Assembly: GCA_052387215.1 (NCBI GenBank)
Contig: JBQTJK010000040.1
Location: forward strand, 2,530 to 66,529
Length of the DNA stretch: 64,000 nt
Source of the DNA: Caulobacteraceae bacterium
Lineage (GTDB): Bacteria; Pseudomonadota; Alphaproteobacteria; Caulobacterales; Aquidulcibacteraceae
Direction: 5' to 3'
Shown: positions 1-9,192 of the stretch, one piece after another
Layout: every line of letters starts with the position of its first letter
Numbering within the stretch: the first letter of the stretch is position 1
Notes under the pieces: generated by a model
What the model was told of the DNA's origin: nothing
Seen by the model: the letters and a program-made list of their open reading frames with translations, nothing else
Databases searched by the model: none
Program-made: the position numbers and the translations under genes

Positions 1-1260
1 GAGGCAAACAATTCTCACCTCAAGGGCCCGCCGCTGCTTATCGCGGCCACAGACGGGGCAACGCCGTTCCGCCTCAGCCTTCATCACGGCGATGTCGGCC
101 ACACCTTGATCGTGGGTCCGGCGGGCGCCGGAAAATCGGTGCTGCTTGGGCTGCTCGCCGCGCAGTGGCGCCGTTATCCCCACGCTCAGGTCTTCATCTT
201 CGATGCAGGGCGATCGAGCCGCGCGTTGACGCTGGGCTTGGGCGGCGCCTTCATCGATCTTCTGGGTGAGACAGAGCCAGAGGGCGCTCTCGCGCTGCAG
301 CCGCTCGCTACCATTGATAACGAGTCTGAGCGCGCCTGGGCTCGCGATTGGCTCATGGCCCTCATCGGGCGTGCTCATGTTGCACTCGACCCTTCGCGGA
401 AAGAAGAGCTCTGGCATGCGCTCAGCGTCCTCGCCGCCCGACCTCCGGCCGAGCGCACGCTCTCTGTCTTCTCGGGCCTAGTGCAGGACGCCGAAATCCG
501 GCTCGCGCTCGAACCGTTCACGCACGCAGGACCATGGGGGCGTCTTCTCGACGCCGATGAAGCGCGCCTCGCCGGCGCGGACGTGCAGGCTTTCGAGATG
601 GGCGAGCTCCTTTCGCGCCCCGAAGCGTTGGCCGCCGTGCTGCCCTGCCTCGTGCATGCGCTCGAAGCGCGTTTCGACGGACGGCCTACCCTCCTCGTGC
701 TCGATGAAGCGTGGGCGTATCTTCGGGACGCTGCGTTTGCTGGCCAGATCCAGGCCTGGCTCAAGACCTTGCGCAAACGAAAGGTCGCGGTCGTGTTCGC
801 GACGCAGGAATTGGCCGACGTCGAAGAGAGCGCGATCGCCGCGACCATCTTCGAGGCTTGCCCCACGCGCATCTTTCTGCCGAACGATCGCGCCCGCGAA
901 CCCAGAACGCGCGCGTTCTATGAGAGCCTCGGCCTCAATCAGCGCCAGATCGCGATCATCACCGAGGCCGCGCCCAAGCGCGACTATTATGTCCAGACCC
1001 GCGCGGGCGCGCGTCTCGTCGATCTAGCGCTGGGTCCCGCCGCACTTGCCTTCTTCGGCGTATCGACGCCGCAAGACCAATCCGCGATCGACCGCATCAT
1101 CGAAGATGATGGCGAACGCGCCTTCGCGCGCGCCTGGCTCGAGCAGCGTGGCCTCAATCGGGCCGCCGAAGCCATCGCTCGCTTCGAGACGGCCTCCGCG
1201 CCGCCGAAGAAGCGCGGGCAACACGATTTCGCAGAAGCCCAGAATGGGAGTTCAACATGA
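1..1260 (+). CDS. trbE: Conjugal transfer ATPase TrbE (VirB4 family), C-terminal part; 5' end outside the window
   Basis: Frame 1 is open from base 1: ..TPFRLSLHHGDVGHTLIVGPAGAGKS (Walker A), LLVLDEAW (Walker B), FATQ motif; first gene of a trbE-J-L-F-G-I run. Confidence 0.95.
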   Translation, partial: EANNSHLKGPPLLIAATDGATPFRLSLHHGDVGHTLIVGPAGAGKSVLLGLLAAQWRRYPHAQVFIFDAGRSSRALTLGLGGAFIDLLGETEPEGALALQPLATIDNESERAWARDWLMALIGRAHVALDPSRKEELWHALSVLAARPPAERTLSVFSGLVQDAEIRLALEPFTHAGPWGRLLDADEARLAGADVQAFEMGELLSRPEALAAVLPCLVHALEARFDGRPTLLVLDEAWAYLRDAAFAGQIQAWLKTLRKRKVAVVFATQELADVEESAIAATIFEACPTRIFLPNDRAREPRTRAFYESLGLNQRQIAIITEAAPKRDYYVQTRAGARLVDLALGPAALAFFGVSTPQDQSAIDRIIEDDGERAFARAWLEQRGLNRAAEAIARFETASAPPKKRGQHDFAEAQNGSST

Positions 1261-1970
1261 GAGAAAAACCTCGCCTGTTCATTACCGCCTGCGCGCTCGC
1301 GCTAGCGCTCACCGGCGCGCCCGCACGCGCTCAGTGGGTGGTTATCGATCCTGCCAACCTTGCCCAGAGCATCACGCAGGTCACCCACATGATCTCGCAG
1401 ATCAACAACCAGATCGAACAGATCCGCCAGCAGGCGCAGATGCTAGAGAGCCTTGGGCTCGAATTGTCGCCGGAGCTTTCCGCCTCGATCGGGAATGCTC
1501 GTCAACTGCTCACTGACGCTGAGGGCTTGCGGCAGAACGCCGAGACGATCGCCGGCGAGATGCGCGAACTCTACCCGCAAGACACTGCGAGTTTCGATCT
1601 CGACCGCCTGCTCGGGCAGTCCGACCGCTGGCTCGAAGAGAGCCGCGACAGCGTGGAAGCGCTGATGACGATCGGCGCCGCGGCCAGCAGCGACGGGCTC
1701 GAAGATGCGGATGCCGCCATGTCGCGCGCGCTGCAAGCGAGTGCCAACGCCGAAGGCCAGACCTCAGCCGAGCAGGCGACCGCGCAAGCGATTGGCGTTC
1801 TCTCCGCCCAAATTGCGCAATTGCAAGCGCTGCAAGCTTCGCAGGCGCGCGCGCTCGCTACCGAACGGCTTGAACGCATCGCCCGCGAAGAGCGCTCGCG
1901 CGAGATTCGCCGCCGCGCCTTTCCGGCGGACGTCGACCAACCGACGCAACCTGTGACGCCGCGCTTCTGA
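1257..1970 (+). CDS. trbJ: P-type conjugative transfer protein TrbJ (VirB5-like)
   Basis: Signal peptide then AQWVVIDPANLAQ; Q-rich coiled coil; ATGA overlap with trbE stop. Confidence 0.9.
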   Translation: MREKPRLFITACALALALTGAPARAQWVVIDPANLAQSITQVTHMISQINNQIEQIRQQAQMLESLGLELSPELSASIGNARQLLTDAEGLRQNAETIAGEMRELYPQDTASFDLDRLLGQSDRWLEESRDSVEALMTIGAAASSDGLEDADAAMSRALQASANAEGQTSAEQATAQAIGVLSAQIAQLQALQASQARALATERLERIAREERSREIRRRAFPADVDQPTQPVTPRF

Positions 1971-1981
1971 TCGGACCAATC

Positions 1982-2974
1982 ATGCAAGGCGACAGCGTCA
2001 ACAGGTTTCTGGACCGCTTCCTGGGGCTGGCGGATGCAGGCTTTGGCTTGATCCAAGGCGATGTTGCGTTCGTCTTGAACGCGCTCATCGTCATTTCCGT
2101 GACGCTGGCGGGCGCGATGTGGGCCTTGAAAGGCGAGGCGCCAATCGCGCCCTTCTTCCGCAAGGTCTTGTTCGTCGGGCTCTTCGCTTTCCTGGTCAAT
2201 AATTGGAATGCGATCGCCGGCGCGATCAATCAATCGGGCGCGCTGCTCGGATTGAAAGCGGGCGGGTCGGGCATGAGCCTTGCCCAATTGCACGATCCCG
2301 CGAGTGTCGCCGCTCAAGGCAAGGAGCTCTTCGGCCGCACCATGGAAATGGGCGACGGCATGAACATCTTCACCGACTTCCTGACGCTCGCCACCATCCT
2401 TCTTGCCGGCGTCATCATCCTCGTCGCTTTCTTCGTGCTGGCGCTACAGATTTTCGTCCAGCTGATCGCCTTCAAGCTCGGATCGCTCGCCGCCTTCATT
2501 GCGCTGCCATGGGGCGTTTTCTCCGGCACAGCATGGGTGGCTGAGCGTCCCCTCGGTTGGGTCGCAAGTTCAGCGGTGCGGCTCTTCCTGCTCGCCTTCG
2601 TCGCCAGCGTCGCCATCACCTTTGTCGCGACCATGCCGCAGACGATGACGCTGGAGAATGGCGGCGCGCTCGACGTGCTCCTGTTTGGACTCACAATCCT
2701 TGCCCTCTCTTTCTTGGCGCCTGCGCTCGCGAGCGAAGTGATGCAGGGCAACCCTAACCTCTCGGCGGCGCAGCCCATTCAGGGCGGCATTGCGGCAGTC
2801 GGCATGGTCGCGGGCGCCGGCGTCACGACGAAGATCCTCATGTCCGGCGCCGGCCGAGGCGGCGGACGCGGCATGCGCGGCGGCCGTCCCGGAAGCCCCC
2901 ACGGTGGGCGCGGCGGCGCCCGTGCGCAGCCGAACTACGCGGCGATGCAACCAAAACCACAACGCAAATCCTGA
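1982..2974 (+). CDS. trbL: P-type conjugative transfer protein TrbL (VirB6 family)
   Basis: Polytopic membrane protein, FKLGSLAAFIALPWGVF..AERPLGWV pattern, Gly/Arg-rich tail; position after trbJ. Confidence 0.9.
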   Translation: MQGDSVNRFLDRFLGLADAGFGLIQGDVAFVLNALIVISVTLAGAMWALKGEAPIAPFFRKVLFVGLFAFLVNNWNAIAGAINQSGALLGLKAGGSGMSLAQLHDPASVAAQGKELFGRTMEMGDGMNIFTDFLTLATILLAGVIILVAFFVLALQIFVQLIAFKLGSLAAFIALPWGVFSGTAWVAERPLGWVASSAVRLFLLAFVASVAITFVATMPQTMTLENGGALDVLLFGLTILALSFLAPALASEVMQGNPNLSAAQPIQGGIAAVGMVAGAGVTTKILMSGAGRGGGRGMRGGRPGSPHGGRGGARAQPNYAAMQPKPQRKS

Positions 2975-2989
2975 CGGAGCCAGAGAAAA

Positions 2990-3697
2990 ATGTTCGCCTT
3001 TCGACAGCCACCGAGGAGCTATGCGCCGGATCCGGCCGACACGCCGTACATGCGCGCACAACAAGCCTGGGACCGGCGCATGGGCACAGCCGTTCAAGGT
3101 GCGGTCACCTGGCGCTGGATCGCAATCGGGCTTGGCGCCCTGCTTGCCGCTTCAGTGCTCGGCGCGACGATGATCGCACTGCAGAAACGCACATTCCTAC
3201 ACGTCGTTGAGGTGAGCCCTCAAGGCGCCGTGCTCTCGGTGCGTCCCGCCGGCGGCGATTACACCCCGACGGACGCGCAGGTCAGCTACTTCCTTGGCCA
3301 CTTTGTGAAGCTGGTGCGCGGCGTGCCGACGGACGGCGTCGTGCTCCGCGAAAACTGGCTTGAAGCGTATCGCTTTCTGGCGCCGCAAGCCGCACAGCGC
3401 CTGAATGAGATCGCGCGCGAAGAAGATCCCTTCTCGCTCTTGGGCACGACGGCGCGAGCGGCCGTGATCACTTCAATCGTTCAGCGCTCGAACGAGACAT
3501 GGCAAGTGAGCTGGATCGAAGCAACGCACGGCGCAAACGGCGGCGCCCGGCGCGCTTATACTGGGCTCTTCACCATTCGCTTCGAGCGCCCACGCACGTC
3601 AGACGCGCTCGCGCGCAATCCGCTCGGCCTCTTCATTACAGAGTTCTCCTTCTCGCCCGAGGCGCCGGCTGCTGTGCTCCGTGGAGGTCAACAATGA
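2990..3697 (+). CDS. trbF: Conjugal transfer protein TrbF (VirB8 family)
   Basis: TPYMRAQQAWDRRMG N-terminus, one TM helix, C-terminal RNPLGLF motif. Confidence 0.93.
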   Translation: MFAFRQPPRSYAPDPADTPYMRAQQAWDRRMGTAVQGAVTWRWIAIGLGALLAASVLGATMIALQKRTFLHVVEVSPQGAVLSVRPAGGDYTPTDAQVSYFLGHFVKLVRGVPTDGVVLRENWLEAYRFLAPQAAQRLNEIAREEDPFSLLGTTARAAVITSIVQRSNETWQVSWIEATHGANGGARRAYTGLFTIRFERPRTSDALARNPLGLFITEFSFSPEAPAAVLRGGQQ

Positions 3698-4644
3698 GAC
3701 GCTCACGCCTTGCCGCTCTCTGGGCGCTCGCAGTGCTTTCGGCCTGCGCCACCGTGCCGACTGCAACTCCGATCGCTCAAGCCGAAGCGGTCCAGGAAAC
3801 TGCCGACCCTGGTCCGGTTGCGTCCGACATGGATATAGCCGATGACTTGGTCCCGCCCGCGAGCGCGCCAGCCCCAGCGCCCCGACGCCCGGCGCGCGTG
3901 GTGGCGCCAATCACTGCACTCACAACGGCAAACGCCGACGCGCGCCGCCGGCCCGATCCAAGCGCATTCGTCGACGCGACGCAGATCTACGATTATGCGC
4001 CCGGCGCGCTCTATGAAGTCTACACCGCGCCCGGCTATCTCTCGACTGTCCTGCTGGAGCCGGGCGAAGCGATCGTCACCGTCGCCGCTGGCGACACGAC
4101 GCGCTGGATGGTGGAAGAGACGACCTCCGGTGACATCGCCGATCCACGCACGCTACTGCTCGTGAAACCACTTCGCGCCGGCATCCGCACCAACATCGTG
4201 CTCGCAACAGATCGCCGCACCTATCTCATCGAAGCTATCGCCGTGCAGGGCAGCGCATACTCAGCACAAACCGCCTGGCGCTACCCGGACGACAGAGCCA
4301 GTCGCGATGCGACGAACATTGACGGCGTCGGGCTTGAAGAGTTGAACTTTCGCTATCGGATCGAGACTGTGCGCGGGCGCTCGCCACATTGGCGGCCCGT
4401 GCGCGTGTTCGATGATGGCCGGCGAACCTACGTCGAATTTCCGCTCGACATCGCCACCAGCGAAGCCCCGCCCCTCTTTCTTCGCGACGGCGCCGATGTT
4501 GCGCTCGTAAACTATCGCGTCGCCGGCAACCGCTATGTCATCGACCGCCTGTTCGACGTGGCCGAACTTCGGCTCGGCGGCCAACGCCAAACCATCGTGC
4601 GCATCAGCCGCGAACGTCCGCGGGCCACGGGAGGCCGCCGATGA
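3694..4644 (+). CDS. trbG: Conjugal transfer protein TrbG (VirB9 family)
   Basis: True start is ATG 3694 (ATGA overlap, GGAGG upstream); lipobox-like LSAC; LYEVYTAPG..GDTTRW, VFDDGRRTY motifs. Confidence 0.92.
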   Translation: MRRSRLAALWALAVLSACATVPTATPIAQAEAVQETADPGPVASDMDIADDLVPPASAPAPAPRRPARVVAPITALTTANADARRRPDPSAFVDATQIYDYAPGALYEVYTAPGYLSTVLLEPGEAIVTVAAGDTTRWMVEETTSGDIADPRTLLLVKPLRAGIRTNIVLATDRRTYLIEAIAVQGSAYSAQTAWRYPDDRASRDATNIDGVGLEELNFRYRIETVRGRSPHWRPVRVFDDGRRTYVEFPLDIATSEAPPLFLRDGADVALVNYRVAGNRYVIDRLFDVAELRLGGQRQTIVRISRERPRATGGRR

Positions 4645-5810
4645 GCGCCGACGACGAAATGCCTGCGAATGAAAGCGAACAACCGGCGCCGCAGGTGCAA
4701 CCCAAGACGCACGTGCCGCCCGCCACGGCCATTCGCGCCGCGCCGCCTAAGCCAAAGCAGCTCTCGCGTAAGACCCTGATGGCCGGTTCGCTGCTGTTGA
4801 GCTGTATCGTCGCGTTCGCGCTGGTGAACGGGCTTTCTGATCGCGAACGGCGAGGTTCGGCAGCTGAGGATTCGCAACCAGTGCAACCGGCATCGCCGCC
4901 AGAAAGCGTGCGCGACGCGCAAGCGGAATACAGCGCCAACGATCTCCGTCCTCCCATCGAGGAAGAGGGCCGTGACTATCTCTGGGGCGATCATCGTCCG
5001 GAGGGCGAAGGTGAAGCCTTGGACTCGGAAACAATCGCTGGGGCCGCGCCGCCCCCACCATCGCCCCTCGAACTCGAAGCGGATGCGGCGCGCATGTCGG
5101 CCATTCGTTTCGGCGGCGAGTCCCGTCGGAGCGTCCCGCCGCAGGCCGACGGCGCCGCGTCGCCTCCTGGTCCTGGCGCTGCCTTCGTCGCCAGCCAGCG
5201 CGGCCGCGACGATGGCGTACTGGACGCGAGCTATCGTCCGCCGCGTTCGCCTTATGCAATCCAGGCTGGATCGACGATCTCCGCGGCGCTCGTGACTGCA
5301 CTCAATTCCGACCAGCCCGGCCGCGTCGTCGCTCAAGTGACGGAAGACATCTACGACAGCGTCACCGGCGATCACCTGCTCGTGCCGCAGGGCTCACGCC
5401 TCCTGGGGACATACGACGCCGCCACCAATCACGGCGATCAGCGCCTGCTTGTGGTTTGGAATCGCCTGATCATGCCGAATGGCTGGTCGATTGCGCTTCG
5501 TGGCATGCCTGGAACGGACGCGGCGGGCGCGTCCGGCGTTCGCGATTCCGTCGATCAGCACCTCGGGCGGATTGCCGTCGCCTCGCTCCTCTCCGGCGCG
5601 CTCTCGGTGGCTGCAAACGCAGCCGAAGACGATGACAGCGACGCCTTGAGCCAAAATGTCGGCAACGCCGCGGCGCAGGAAGCCGCGCGCGTGGGCGGAC
5701 GCATCATTGACCGCGAACTGAATGTGCGCCCAACCTTGCACATCCGCGCCGGCGCGCCGGTGCGCGTGCTCGTGAGCCAAGACATCATCTTGAGGCCGTA
5801 TCCGCGATGA
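4641..5810 (+). CDS. trbI: Conjugal transfer protein TrbI (VirB10 family)
   Basis: TM anchor, AGSTISAALVTALNSDQPG, LLVPQGSRLLG, VWNRLIMPNG, RPTLHIRAG motifs. Confidence 0.93.
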   Translation: MSADDEMPANESEQPAPQVQPKTHVPPATAIRAAPPKPKQLSRKTLMAGSLLLSCIVAFALVNGLSDRERRGSAAEDSQPVQPASPPESVRDAQAEYSANDLRPPIEEEGRDYLWGDHRPEGEGEALDSETIAGAAPPPPSPLELEADAARMSAIRFGGESRRSVPPQADGAASPPGPGAAFVASQRGRDDGVLDASYRPPRSPYAIQAGSTISAALVTALNSDQPGRVVAQVTEDIYDSVTGDHLLVPQGSRLLGTYDAATNHGDQRLLVVWNRLIMPNGWSIALRGMPGTDAAGASGVRDSVDQHLGRIAVASLLSGALSVAANAAEDDDSDALSQNVGNAAAQEAARVGGRIIDRELNVRPTLHIRAGAPVRVLVSQDIILRPYPR

Positions 5811-6181
5811 ACAAACGGCCCGCCGGCCAGCGAGGACCCGATAAAGAGCAAACCGATCTCTTCGGCGCGGTCACTGTGCAACCACCGCAAAAGAAGACGC
5901 GCCGGGCGCCTCATGCTCATCCTCATTTCGCGCAAACACGATCGCCGTCTGCATTGACTTCGGCAAGCAAGGGCGTTGCAAGCGCCGCCGCGAATGGACT
6001 CCTGAACGTGCGTCAGGCCGCCCAGCGCCTTGGTCTTTCGAAATCGACGCTCGACAAAATGCGCTGCGCCGGCAAGGGTCCCCGCTTCATTAAGTCGACC
6101 GACAGAGCCGTCCGTTACGATCCTGTGGACCTCGATGCCTGGATCGCAAACCGGCGACGGACCAGCACCGCACAAGACTGA
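5807..6181 (+). CDS. AlpA/excisionase-like helix-turn-helix DNA-binding protein
   Basis: LLNVRQAAQRLGLSKSTLDKMRCAGKGPRFIK..VRYDPVDLDAWI is the winged-HTH pattern of Xis/AlpA proteins; ATGA overlap with trbI. Confidence 0.8.
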   Translation: MNKRPAGQRGPDKEQTDLFGAVTVQPPQKKTRRAPHAHPHFAQTRSPSALTSASKGVASAAANGLLNVRQAAQRLGLSKSTLDKMRCAGKGPRFIKSTDRAVRYDPVDLDAWIANRRRTSTAQD

Positions 6182-6287
6182 GTTGCGGGGCGCAAATCGA
6201 ATAGGGACCGCCGCGACCGCGCTCCTCCTTGCACATCTTGGCAAGTGCTAGGCTCTAGGCACGCAACAACCGATTCGGCGCGAGACA

Positions 6288-6637
6288 ATGTTCGGCAAGG
6301 CCAAGTCACTTTCGGCTAAAGACCAATTGACCGAGCGCATGCGCCGCGCGGTCGAACGCCCTACTACGCCGCCCCACCCAGGCATACCATCACCCGTCAA
6401 ATTGAGCGTGCTGTACGCCAAGCCGTTTTCAGGCAAGGCGCGCTCATTCTGGCGGACGGGGAAAAACTTCCGGTCGCGCTCAAGAACATCAGCGCCACTG
6501 GCGCGCGCGTGGAGTATTTTACACGCCGTGACTTGCCGGAGACGGTGATCCTGGTGGAACCGACGCTGCGCATAAAATCGCGTGCAGGCGTTGTCTGGCA
6601 AGGCGATGGAGTGGCCGGTTTAGCGTTTGTCGATTGA
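6288..6637 (+). pseudogene. PilZ-domain protein split by a frameshift near 6350-6365
   Basis: ATG 6288 frame gives MFGKAKSLSAKDQLTERMRRAVERP; the shifted frame gives ..IERAVRQAVFRQG..LKNISATGARVE..VVWQGDGVAGLAF* (RxxxR and NxSxxG PilZ motifs) with no start of its own. Confidence 0.7.
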
Positions 6638-6748
6638 TCTGCTTTGCGGGCGCGCTTGCGCTCATAGAGCGCCGCCCACGCTCGTATGCACAATACGATG
6701 GGAAGCGTTATGACATGAGCCTCGTCAACGCCGTCATGGAATAGCGCC

Positions 6749-6967
6749 TTGAACACCAGCATCGCCCCGTCGCCTCGTCCTCCCATCCCCCGCACGGTCT
6801 GGGCGCTGGGCGTGGTAAGCCTCTTCATGGACATCTCCTCGGAGATGATCCACGCTTTGCTGCCGCTCTTTTTGACCACCACATTGGGCGCAAGCGTCAT
6901 CCTGGTCGGCATCATCGATGGCGTGGTGGAGTCGACAGCGGCGATTTCGAAAATCTTCTCCGGCTAA
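6749..6967 (+). pseudogene. MFS transporter, N-terminal fragment only (72 aa)
   Basis: VWALGVVSLFMDISSEMIHALLPLFL..LGAS..VGIIDG matches the start of an MFS family; stops after about 2 helices at KIFSG*, with no continuation seen. Confidence 0.8.
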
Positions 6968-7001
6968 ACGTCACCACCTGCGCAAGAGGCAGACTCAGGT
7001 G

Positions 7002-7814
7002 CTAGTTTTCGCTGACGCGAACCGGCTGGATCAACATCCGCTCGAGACGCAATTCCGCTGGGTCGCGAAATTGTTCGAGACCGATGATCATATCCTCGTG
7101 ACCATTCGCCGGTTGGGCGTGGTAGGTGCCAAACAACCGGTCCCACCACGGCAGATTGAAACCGAAATTGCTGTTCGTCTCATCCCGCCGCACCGAATGA
7201 TGCACGCGGTGCATGTCAGGCGTGACGACAATCAAGCGCAACATCCGATCAAGCGGCGCGGGAAGCTGGACGTTGGCATGATTGAACATCGTCGTGGCGT
7301 TGAGCAGCACCTCGAAGATCAAGACGGCGAGCGCCGGCGCGCCCAGCGCCAAGACCGCGCCTATCTTAATCAGCATCGAGAGCAAAATCTCGATCGGGTG
7401 AAACCGCACGCCGGTGGAGACGTCGAACTCAAGATCAGCATGATGGAGCCGATGAAGCCGCCACAGCCAAGGCACGGCGTGAAACACACGGTGCTGCCAA
7501 TAGATCACAAGATCGAGTGCGACCACTGAGCCCAAGATTGTAACCAGCGTTGGCGCGGCGATCACCTGAAACAGCCCCCAGCCATGCGATTCAGCTAAGA
7601 TCGCCGCACCGACCGCCGCCGCTGGAAAGGCGATGCGGAGCAAAACCGTGTTGATGATGGAAAGGCCGAGGTTACCTGGCCATCTGCTTGATCTTGCAAC
7701 GGCCTGAGACCGTTTGGGCGACATCACCTCCCAGATCGCCATGGCCGCGAATACGCCAACAAAAGCGCCGAGACGGATGAAAGGCTCGTTTGCCAACAAC
7801 GCTTGCCCAATCAC
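7002..7814 (-). CDS. Sterol desaturase / fatty acid hydroxylase family membrane di-iron enzyme
   Basis: His boxes YWQHRVFH, HRLHH, RFHP, HRVHHS; GTGA overlap with the upstream gene. Confidence 0.9.
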   Translation of the reverse strand: MIGQALLANEPFIRLGAFVGVFAAMAIWEVMSPKRSQAVARSSRWPGNLGLSIINTVLLRIAFPAAAVGAAILAESHGWGLFQVIAAPTLVTILGSVVALDLVIYWQHRVFHAVPWLWRLHRLHHADLEFDVSTGVRFHPIEILLSMLIKIGAVLALGAPALAVLIFEVLLNATTMFNHANVQLPAPLDRMLRLIVVTPDMHRVHHSVRRDETNSNFGFNLPWWDRLFGTYHAQPANGHEDMIIGLEQFRDPAELRLERMLIQPVRVSEN

Positions 7815-8593
7815 TCCAATTGGCTTTGAAAGGCGCGGATGCGCGCTGCATTCGCGCCAAGGTCGGATATGCCAACGCGCGACGTCGATCGCACCTCAAT
7901 GCGCGATCCCGCCGCCGCCGGCGAAACCTGCACCACGATGTCATCGACAAAGCCGAACCACAAAGAGCGTGCGCTCGCTTCGATACGGCCGCTTGCCGGC
8001 TCGGCGGCATCGATGCTCCATCCCTGCGCCTGCGCGGCGGCCAGCGCGGCCTCGAACGCTTCAGCGGGCTGCCGATCGAGCAGGATGGGCTGAATGTCGG
8101 GATAGGCGTTTTGTTGCAGAGCGCGCGCGGATTGGCCGGCCGCGGCGCCAAAGCGTGGATCGTCGGGGACGCGCGGATCAGCTTCGACCGGGTTGCCGCC
8201 CGGCACGCCGGCGCGCAGCTGCAGGACCCGCTCCGAAAACATCAATGGCGCGGCGGGATCGGAGACGATGTCGTGGATCGGCGGAACCGAAGCTGCTTGA
8301 TTGCGGACGTAACCAGCGTAGCCCAGCGCCAGCACCGGAATGATGAGCGCAAGCAGCGCACTGCCAATGCCGGTGCGGGGCCTCACCAAGGCTGCGAGCA
8401 GCAGCGCCACCAACGCGAGCCCAGCTGCGCCCATCAGCAGCATCGGCCCATAGCCCAGCGTCAGCGTCCCAAAGCCAACGCGCCAATCGATCAACCCATA
8501 ACGCGTCGCAAGCGCCGCCGCGGCGAAATAGACCGGCAGCGCAAGCGACACGAGAAGCGCAACCCCGACCAGAAAAGACCTGATCCGCGTCAT
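7811..8593 (-). CDS. DUF1499 domain membrane protein
   Basis: Three N-terminal TM helices, PPIHDIVSD, WFGFVDDIVVQV..RSTSRVGISDLGANAARI. Confidence 0.88.
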   Translation of the reverse strand: MTRIRSFLVGVALLVSLALPVYFAAAALATRYGLIDWRVGFGTLTLGYGPMLLMGAAGLALVALLLAALVRPRTGIGSALLALIIPVLALGYAGYVRNQAASVPPIHDIVSDPAAPLMFSERVLQLRAGVPGGNPVEADPRVPDDPRFGAAAGQSARALQQNAYPDIQPILLDRQPAEAFEAALAAAQAQGWSIDAAEPASGRIEASARSLWFGFVDDIVVQVSPAAAGSRIEVRSTSRVGISDLGANAARIRAFQSQLE

Positions 8594-9192
8594 CCACCCC
8601 TCCTTCTGGCCAGCTCCTGGCGCCAGCGGCGATAGCTTGGCCCGTCGTCTACGTCTTCCAATTCCCGCAGCATCTCAACATTCTTTCCCGCCAGGTTACG
8701 AAGCGTATCGGCGCGCGCCTGCGGCGTCGACCAGCGAACATTCGCGAACGGCAAATGCTGGCGCTCAGTTTGTGGGAAACCAACCAGCCAATAGCCGCCG
8801 TCGGGCGCGGGCCCCAGCACAGCGTCGGCGTTCTCCAATGCGTCGAATGCCGCCGCAATGTCGGCGGCGATGACCTGGGGCGCATCGCTGCCGATGAAAA
8901 TAAGTGACCCAGACGCCAATCGCTCGGAGATGCGCGTCATGCGTTCGCCCAGATCGCCTTCACCCTGGCCGATGACGTGCATGACGCCCGCAAACTGCAA
9001 AGGCTCGTCGGGCGTGATAGCTAAGTGAAGGCGCCAACGCGGGTCGCCGCCGAGCCTATCCAGAAGCTGTCCCAAGACGACGCGTTGGAAGCGGTGCGCC
9101 GTAACATCGCCCACGTCCGCTGCAAGCCGGCGCTTACCTTGGCCAAGAACGGGCCTGCGCGCCATCAAAACGAGATGACGCTCAGCGTTCAT
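8590..9192 (-). CDS. TIGR04282/DUF2064-like transferase (CofC-like nucleotide-diphospho-sugar transferase fold; arsenosugar-cluster associated)
   Basis: LVLMARRPVLGQGKRRLA, QGEGDLGERM, IGSDAP, VLGPAPDGGYWLVG, LEDVDD; start re-assigned to ATG 9192. Confidence 0.88.
   Translation of the reverse strand: MNAERHLVLMARRPVLGQGKRRLAADVGDVTAHRFQRVVLGQLLDRLGGDPRWRLHLAITPDEPLQFAGVMHVIGQGEGDLGERMTRISERLASGSLIFIGSDAPQVIAADIAAAFDALENADAVLGPAPDGGYWLVGFPQTERQHLPFANVRWSTPQARADTLRNLAGKNVEMLRELEDVDDGPSYRRWRQELARRRGG

Larger units (their letters stand above)
1..6181 (+). mobile_element. Mating-pair-formation module of an integrative conjugative element or integrated plasmid (Tn4371-like trb order); continues left of the window
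   Basis: Contiguous trbE-J-L-F-G-I plus Xis-like gene in a window that otherwise carries core chromosomal genes; integrase and relaxase not visible. Confidence 0.75.
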
